From assembly GCA_964016885.1 (NCBI GenBank), contig OZ024745.1:125550001-125614000 (forward strand): DNA of 64,000 nucleotides. The letters run 5' to 3'. A program made the position numbers and the translations under genes. Origin of the DNA: Eledone cirrhosa. Taxonomy: Eukaryota. The notes below the pieces were generated by a model. It was not told where the DNA came from. It did not search any database and saw only the letters and a program-made list of their open reading frames with translations. Below are positions 56,256 through 64,000 of the stretch, one piece after another (the stretch's first letter is position 1; each line of letters opens with the position of its first letter).

Positions 56256-57576
56256 TCAATATTTCATTACTAGATGTCTTTATTAGTATTCAACATGGCT
56301 CCCAGACTCTGGGCGTTATATAATAATACATGGAATCTTAATAAGGAGAAACAATTAAAACGTGTTGTGGTTGACCAATTTTACTGGCTATTCAAATGAT
56401 GTTACAATTAGGGTTGATTTATGACTAAACAATAAGACACAAATTCATCTAACAAGAAGACATTTCATGTGTCAATTAACATGGTATAATTAGCAAAGAA
56501 ATCTTGCCGTAAATTTCACCCCACTGATTTGTAGTATTTAATAATGTTGTGCCATATATACAATTACTAAATTACCAGTGCGTTGACAATGATTGGTTGA
56601 AGTTTTATACTATATTACAGAGTATTAGCATACACTATATGTAATAGATAGATGTAAAAACTATGTCATTTATATACAAAATTTGTACACCTTAAAAGAG
56701 AAATTAACACAAAATTGAAACTAATCTGGTTGGTCCCTCTTACTCCATTCACAAAGTTATTGTATATAAAGACAATACCTTTACATCTGCCCATTTCATA
56801 CAGTGTTAGTTAACATGTATAGATATTCTCTGTAGTATGGTATAACATACATATATTATGTTTACATGAGGAAGAAGTTGTCTTTGGTCATGCTTCTCTT
56901 CGATCAGGGCTGACTTCGCTGTGATGAGTGTTCATCAGTTTCTCAGATAATGGGGTAAAGTTTCATAGAAGCTTGGCTGCACATGGAGAAGTCGGGCTAC
57001 TGATTGCGAGATTCCTATCTTCACTGGCGGCTCACCTAACAGAGGTAACTGGTGAAGTTCGTGAGGGTGCTTGGTTGTTCCAGTACATCAGTCTCACCAT
57101 CACCCGAGGTAACGCTGTGAGCGTGCTGGCTTACCTAAAAAATTATTAGAGGTTTCCCAGTGCTCCTCGCGATGCTGTTACCTTTTACTCTGGTAGCGGC
57201 TCTTTTGTCCACCACTTTCGCCTGCCTTTTGTTGATGAGGTCCTAGATGAGTGTGCTAACCGCTTCTGTGTTTTTCTTCTTTTTGTCTTTTATTTTTATT
57301 TTCCTTTCTTTTTGTTTTTTTTTTTGTTTTTCCTTTCCCTTTCGTTTGTATTATATTTGTTTGTGCTTTCGTTCTGTAAGCACTGTATTATTATATTTCT
57401 TTTTATACAACAGTGAATAAACGATACTGACTTCCATCCATCCAGGAGGGTGGAAACTCAAAATAATAAGAAATAGAGAGAACAACCTCTCTACTGCAAA
57501 CAGCATATTAAAATAAGCTTAGTCCACACTATAGAACACACATCACACGAATGTTGCCCGGCTTTCTCTGTTGCTG

Positions 57577-57628
<52 letters not shown>

Positions 57629-58219
57629 TGTGTGTGTGTGTGTGTGTGACAGTACGGACCAAACTAACCCTTCCACCACTTGTCTGCATGGATAAACGGG
57701 CGTATGATGATGATGGTTGTGGTGATATAAAGTGTGTGTACACAAAATAATTGTTTCTACTTTTCGCACAAGGCCAGTAATTAACCAGTGCATTACTGGT
57801 ACTTTATTTTATCGACCCCGTAAGGATGAAAGGCAAAGTTAAGCTCGGAGGAATTTGAACTCAGAACGTAAAGGGTCATAACTCTATACTGCAAAGCATA
57901 TTGTCTGACGCTTTGCCGATACTAGAACGTCAGTCAACATGCTTTGCAGTGTGTACACAAAATAATTGTTTCTACATTTGGCACAAGGCCTGCAATTATC
58001 CCAGTGCATTACTGGTACTTTATTTTATCGACGTCGTAAGGATGAAAGGCAAAGTTAACATTGGCGCGATTTGAACTCAGAATGGCAAGGGCCGTAACTC
58101 TATGCGTCAAAGCATAGTGTCCGACCCTCTACCGATACTGCCGTGGACTGTGATGACTCGCCCACCCCCATGTACCAGCATGAATAGATTGGGTGTAAAA
58201 TGATGTTGAAGATACTTAC

Positions 58220-58365
58220 GGAGGATTTTCACAGAAACGCTGACTGTTAGAAACGCCTGCACCACAAGTTCTTGTGCATTGCGTCCACTCTCCCCATTCA
58301 CCCCATTCTCCATTGATAGCTTGAGGACGTTCACCGATAGTGACGCATTCACCATTGAAACACCA
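58220..58365 (-). CDS. ADAMTS7/12-like metalloprotease, internal exon A (end of disintegrin-like domain, start of TSP1 repeat)
   Basis: ttcag|TGG...CCTCC|gtaag; translates WCFNGECVTIGERPQAINGEWGEWGEWTQCTRTCGAGVSNSQRFCENP(P) with the WxxWxxWxxCxxTCG TSP1 signature; 146 nt, ends phase 2. Confidence 0.95.
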
Positions 58366-58558
58366 CTGAAATATTAAGAAGGTACTAGAGATGATTTGAT
58401 AGTCACATTATGATTATATTGATAAGAGTGTGATGTAAGAAGATATATATATATAGGAAAAAGTATGATACTTTTTCCTATTACTCAATCTACTACCCTA
58501 AGTATTGAGTACTCTGGTGAGTTATGGTCCATCTGGTTCCTTACCACATTTCCTTCGT

Positions 58559-58603
<45 letters not shown>

Positions 58604-58912
58604 GGGGGATATTAACAATAACTTAAAAGGTTGATAAAATTCATCTAAATTATCTGTTTAAAAGAGCTTTAAAAAACTGTCTTACATGACCATGTTGTTT
58701 TTGAAGAATTATTTCCCTTACATAAGATTTCGTTTAAAAAGTTATTTCCCTTGTTATATCAATTTTTATTTAGATCTCAGACATTATATTGCTGTTTCTA
58801 TTTATAGGCTTTTACATACATTTTAAACGAATAAAACCTGGTATTAATTATATATATTTCCAAATTAAAGCATTTAAATGTATGAGTATGATTAAATCTA
58901 CTTGTATACTGC

Positions 58913-58986
<74 letters not shown>

Positions 58987-59121
58987 GGTAAAGACCCACT
59001 TCGGTCACGAATGACCATGGGATTTTCCCCTAGAAAGTTCCCCTCCAAGGGAAAGGCAAAGGTCGATACAGCTTGACACCAGTGACGTCACAACTCTTTA
59101 CTACAGCTGAGTAAAGTTTGA

Positions 59122-59167
<46 letters not shown>

Positions 59168-59197
59168 AGATCAAAAGATGGTTAAAGGAGTTCCATA

Positions 59198-59268
59198 TAT
59201 TTTATTATGCGCATTTCAAAAACAAACATCATCAAGCAATAATATTTGTGTTTTCATCAGATAAAACA
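59198..59268 (-). ncRNA. Minimal type I hammerhead ribozyme, family A (in inverted element 59162-59746)
   Basis: tgttttat-CTGATGA-...-GAAA-tgcgca-TA-ataaaata; the opposite arm (from 59573) is truncated inside stem II. Confidence 0.85.
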
Positions 59269-59895
59269 GGAGAACATGATATGAAGGCTAAAAAACACTT
59301 GTGGATAGTGCAGTTTTAAATCAACATATTAAAAGTGGTTTTAGATTGATGTGTGATATTGGGAAAAATATTTTATTTAGAGAGGGGGGGGAGGATGAAA
59401 AGGGAAGGAGATGAGAGGGAGAGATGGGTGATAGAGAGAAAGAGATAGTTTTTATAACTGAGAGGAGATATATTTTTTACATAGAGAGGTTGAAAACCGT
59501 TGGAAGATACTGTATAAATTAAAAATTTTGAAAATTAACGAAGGGAGGATATGTGCGAGGAAAAAAAACACGAATATTATTGCTTGATGATGTTTGTTTT
59601 TGAAATGCGCATAATAAAATATATGGAACTCCTTTAACCATCTTTTGATCTTATATTATGCATACTCCAGTCCCACAAACTGTAGAGTGCTTCTTATCCG
59701 ATATCTGCATTGCTTTATTGTACTACAATAAAACTCACCTCCTACATATATATATATATATATATGTATATGTGGCTAGGAGTTGTATTTAATTTGTTGG
59801 AATTCCGACAAACATAAATGTTTATAACTGATATAGAGCACTCAACAAATTACCAAGATAATAATAAATGGAAACTATATTTATAAAACAATATT

Positions 59896-59960
59896 TATTT
59901 TATTATATATATTTCAAGGGCGACCAAGCCATTCTTGGTGCGCTTTCATCAGATAAAATA
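59896..59960 (-). ncRNA. Minimal type I hammerhead ribozyme, family B
   Basis: tattttat-CTGATGA-aagcgcaccaag...cttggtcgccctt-GAAA-tatata-TA-ataaaata. Confidence 0.83.
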
Positions 59961-60027
59961 CAAAGTTTGTTTTATAAATAACGACATACCCATGGAAATC
60001 ACACGTTAACGGTCCTAAATTCTCTGG

Positions 60028-60062
<35 letters not shown>

Positions 60063-62498
60063 GTTGTTGTAAGGTTGCAATAAATGCGTCCTTAGGCGGT
60101 ATGCCGTTTGAGCACTCGATGCTCATGCGGAGCAGAGTATATTATTATTGGCAGTATCGGTAGAAGGTCGGACGCCATGCTTTGACGCATAGAGTTACGG
60201 CCCTTGCCATTCTGAGTTCAAATCCCGCCAGCAATTACCCAGAACATTACTGGTACTTTATTTTATCGACCCCGTCAGGATGAAAGGCAAAGTTAACCTC
60301 AGCAGGATTTGAACTCAGACCATAAAGGGGTGTAACTATGCTGCAAAGCATGGCGTCTGACCCTCTGCCGATACTGCCAATCCACCACCAAAATATTCAA
60401 TAATGAAGATCCAGCCTGAACACTGTCAAGTATTTAGAGGTGCTTGGCTGTTCCAGCGCACCAGCCTCGCCATCACACAAGGTAATGCCGTGATCCTGCT
60501 GGGTTGCCTCAGGAATTAATAGAGAGGTTTTCCAGTGCCCCTTGCAATATTGTTATCTTTTGTTTTGGCAGCGGTTCGCTTGTCCACCACTTTTACCTGT
60601 CTTTTGTTGTATGTGGTCCTAGATGTGTGTATTACCTCCTTGTGAGTGTTTTTTTTCCTTTCCCTTTTCTTTCTTTATTCTCTTTTTATTTGTAATATTA
60701 TGATGACTGTTATGTTGACAAATAAAGTTATATGCAATTAAAATAAAATGTATTTGAAAGAAAAGCTGTTCCCTATTTACACAAATATATATATATATTT
60801 ATATATAACAAAGAGGGTGTGGTAAGATACCAAGTGAACCATAATGCAAAAGAGTACTCGATACTTAGGGTAATAGGAAAAGAGTCAGGACTTCGAGGTG
60901 AGCCCCAGCTGTTTCGACAGCTAGATCCAAGCTCGGATCTAGCTGGCGAAAAAGCCAGAGTTCAGCCATCGGGGTCCTGATTCTTTACCTATATATGTAT
61001 CTTATTATATCAATAAGTAGTCTTCAAAATACAAATATTTCTACCAACATACCTTTAGTTAGTTGCAGTTTAATGCAAAAAAATTGAAAGCAAAAAGTTT
61101 TCAAGTGACAGAAAATTGAGTTAAATGAAATATTGTGGCTAGTGCATATGAAAAGAGCTTTATGCATTACTGTCGCAATTAATGCAAAACATAATAGAGC
61201 TGTTAGTAAGAACATTTCCTTGATTTTAAGGATGATTTATTATAGAAAATGTTACTTTTCTTAAGAGATGTTTTATCAATGTTATAAATATTATTCTAAG
61301 CTATGTTAAATGGAACTAAGGCAACTAACTAATCAATTTTGGATGAGGACGAAGATAAGAAAATGTTATGGGAATGCAGGAAAGTGCAATGAACATACAG
61401 CATCCTTAGTCATTAATGTAAATACCCAGAAGTTATGTGACCAGAGATCAGGGACCGCAAAGTTGTGGTGGCTACTTGAGATACACCCCACCAACACACA
61501 CCAAATCCTCCATAAAATACTAAGAATACTACATTTAGAGCAAATACATATTTCGATATTTCAACACCTTATATATATATATATATATATGTATAGGTGT
61601 TGAAATATCAAAATATGTATTTGCTCTATATAACATATGGTATATTGCCAAATATACTATACATATATATATATAAATAGAAAAAATGAAATATCATTTC
61701 TCACTTAGTATGGCTGATACTTAAATATAAGTATGCATACATACATACATATATGTATATATGTATACATGTATACATATATGTATGTACGCATACATAC
61801 TTATATTTATATATATATAAAATAAACACATCAAACAATTACAGGGGATAATTTGTAAAGAGTGTAAACACACATAGTTACGAAGGTGAAATATATTTCT
61901 TTAATGAAATATATACAAACGAGATTAATCATTATTTCAAGGTTTTTCGTTAAATTTTAATATGTTACCTACATAACTATGTGTGCATACACTATTTACA
62001 AATGTAAATTGTTTGATGTGTTTATGTTAAATTATGTTGATCACCTTATGTTATATTATGTTGATCACCTTGACCAACCAGTCTGTCGGGCACCATTCGG
62101 TGCCGCTGGTCACAGCACGTGCTGTTTTAGCCATACGATGATGCCATCCCACTGGCTGGGCGGGCAGGCCGTAAGTCTAAAGTCTGTCTTAAGCCAGAAG
62201 GCCTCATTTGGCCGGTGCTTATCCCGGTTTCATGGCATGAAGCAACTGAGAGTATAAGACTCCCCCCTTGGACAGGATGTCAGTCCATCGCAGGGTTAAA
62301 CCTCCAGCTATTGCTGGTACTCATTTTCGGATGAGTAAAGTGGTGCAACGTGAAATAAAGTGTCTTGCTCAAGAAAACAACACATCACCAAGCCCGAGAA
62401 TTGAACTCACAACCTTTCGATTGCAAGCCTGCTGCTCTAATCACTAAAGCATGCACCTTCACTCTATATATATGTTTCGTCACTATATATATATATAC

Positions 62499-62531
<33 letters not shown>

Positions 62532-63014
62532 GTGACGAAACATAATAATAAATTTTTACTCTATATGGAGTAATAGTTGAAAATGTTTATATTTCACATT
62601 TCATTCTTTTCACAGTGAAGACCTCTACTTTATAAAAGGAACTGTAGCTATATCTAAATAGTTTTACATTTGTTTACTATGCTGCCATGGACAGGATTTT
62701 ATAATCCCACCCCTTTCTTATTCAGCATTAATGCAGTAAAAAAATGTTTTATGTCTCAATCATATGCTCCTTTTCAAGAAGGATTTCTCAGAATAGGTGC
62801 CCTTCCTAACACAGAATCTATTAGGTACATTGTCTCATGACATCATTACTAGAGAATCTGTCATATCCTACATTAAATTAATGAGGCCACCCTATCCTAT
62901 GTTGCTTCTGTTTTTTCACCCACCACTTTAAAGACTGTGCTGGGTGCATTATCTTATGTACAACACTAGAGAGTTTGACTTGTACTCAGCAAATCTAAAG
63001 AGTCATCAATTTCC

Positions 63015-63435
63015 TATATTGCCTGTGTTCTTTAATAAATATATTAATGACATAGATGCCAACTTAAAGAATGCCATATGCAGATGACATCAAGTTGTAC
63101 CTTGAGATAAAAATGACAGATCCAGTATGCTTATAGATCTTTCATGCAATCAGACCTGGACACAATACAGCAATGAATTATGGACTGGCAACTCAAGCTG
63201 GCTGTGGATAAGTGTACCACCATGCATTTTGGGAGGAAAACCCAGTGTTCACATATTCCTTCCACAACACCAATCTCAAGAAGTCTTCTTGTGAATGGGA
63301 CCTAGGCATTATTGTCAACAGTAATTTGTGTTGGACAAAGCCATTTGAATGTTATTCTATGTACTATACATACACCTTTGATGAGTTGTAGTGCACCAGA
63401 GCACTGTATACAATAATTTTCATTATTATTATTAA
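63015..63435 (+). mobile_element. Internally deleted CR1-like LINE (RT core fused to 3'UTR)
   Basis: YINDID...YADDIKLY (YADD at 63077-63088)...WQLKLAVDKC..MHFGRK...DLGIIV, then the same 3'UTR/(ATT)n tail as 34855-34950. Confidence 0.8.
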
Positions 63436-64000
63436 ATTGTTGAACTAATTTCCCTATATTCATAATTTTGTTATGTTTCTAACTGTGGAAATAATATCTT
63501 TACTTGCATACCTACATATCAAAACTTTCTAGAATTTGACTATTAAGCGCATATTTTATTTTTATTATCCAACTAAACAAATCTGCTCTACAATTACATA
63601 GTCATTTGATCAAAGCATTTTATGTAAGAACATTTGTTAACAGTTAGTAGTAGCATTCAAAATAACAATGTGTGCACGAAGAACACATATTTACTAAGTA
63701 TTCTTTCACTCTTGAAAAAAAAATGTTAGAATAATGTTATGAATTATATGACATTTAATGAAATATCTAGTAAAGATGTTAGGTATTTAAACAAGAAACA
63801 CCAGTAAGATTATAATGTTTCATACTCTTAGCCCTATCTTTAGTAGTTAAGATATTTCAGTATTTGCATCTACAAAATGTTTTGATTAGGTTTATTTCTA
63901 ATCATCCTCAGATGCTTTATTCTACATAGTACAAGACTGGACTAGAACTTGGAAATTAATTGTTAAAATAAACAATTGTGGCCTAATTGATATTAAGCCT

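Noticed and set aside
58107-58355. 82-aa ORF MVNASLSVN...
   Set aside because: Wrong frame of ADAMTS exon A running into intron and SINE sequence.

Overview
AT-rich, microsatellite-dense animal genomic DNA; the SINE/LINE repertoire suggests an octopod cephalopod (inference). One host gene is supported: six minus-strand internal exons (58220-58365, 51114-51177, 30414-30519, 28544-28671, 25611-25731, 4780-5033; 819 nt, 273 codons, all splice phases compatible) of an ADAMTS7/12-like secreted metalloprotease, covering the disintegrin-like end, central TSP1 repeat, Cys-rich domain and spacer. The gene continues beyond both window edges. The introns hold RTE, CR1, CRE-like and R4-like LINE fragments, two tRNA-headed SINE families, two hAT MITEs, a Helitron and a fold-back mariner. 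The most notable signal is not in the ORF track: about 19 minimal type I hammerhead ribozyme (HHR) motifs (about 11 with canonical cores) from several unrelated families. They sit in Penelope-like (PLE) repeats inserted in (TA)n arrays, often as inverted pairs, and one lies next to a GIY-YIG endonuclease C-terminus. Almost all long ORFs in the supplied track are microsatellite artefacts. Repeat boundaries are approximate unless a TSD or terminus is cited.
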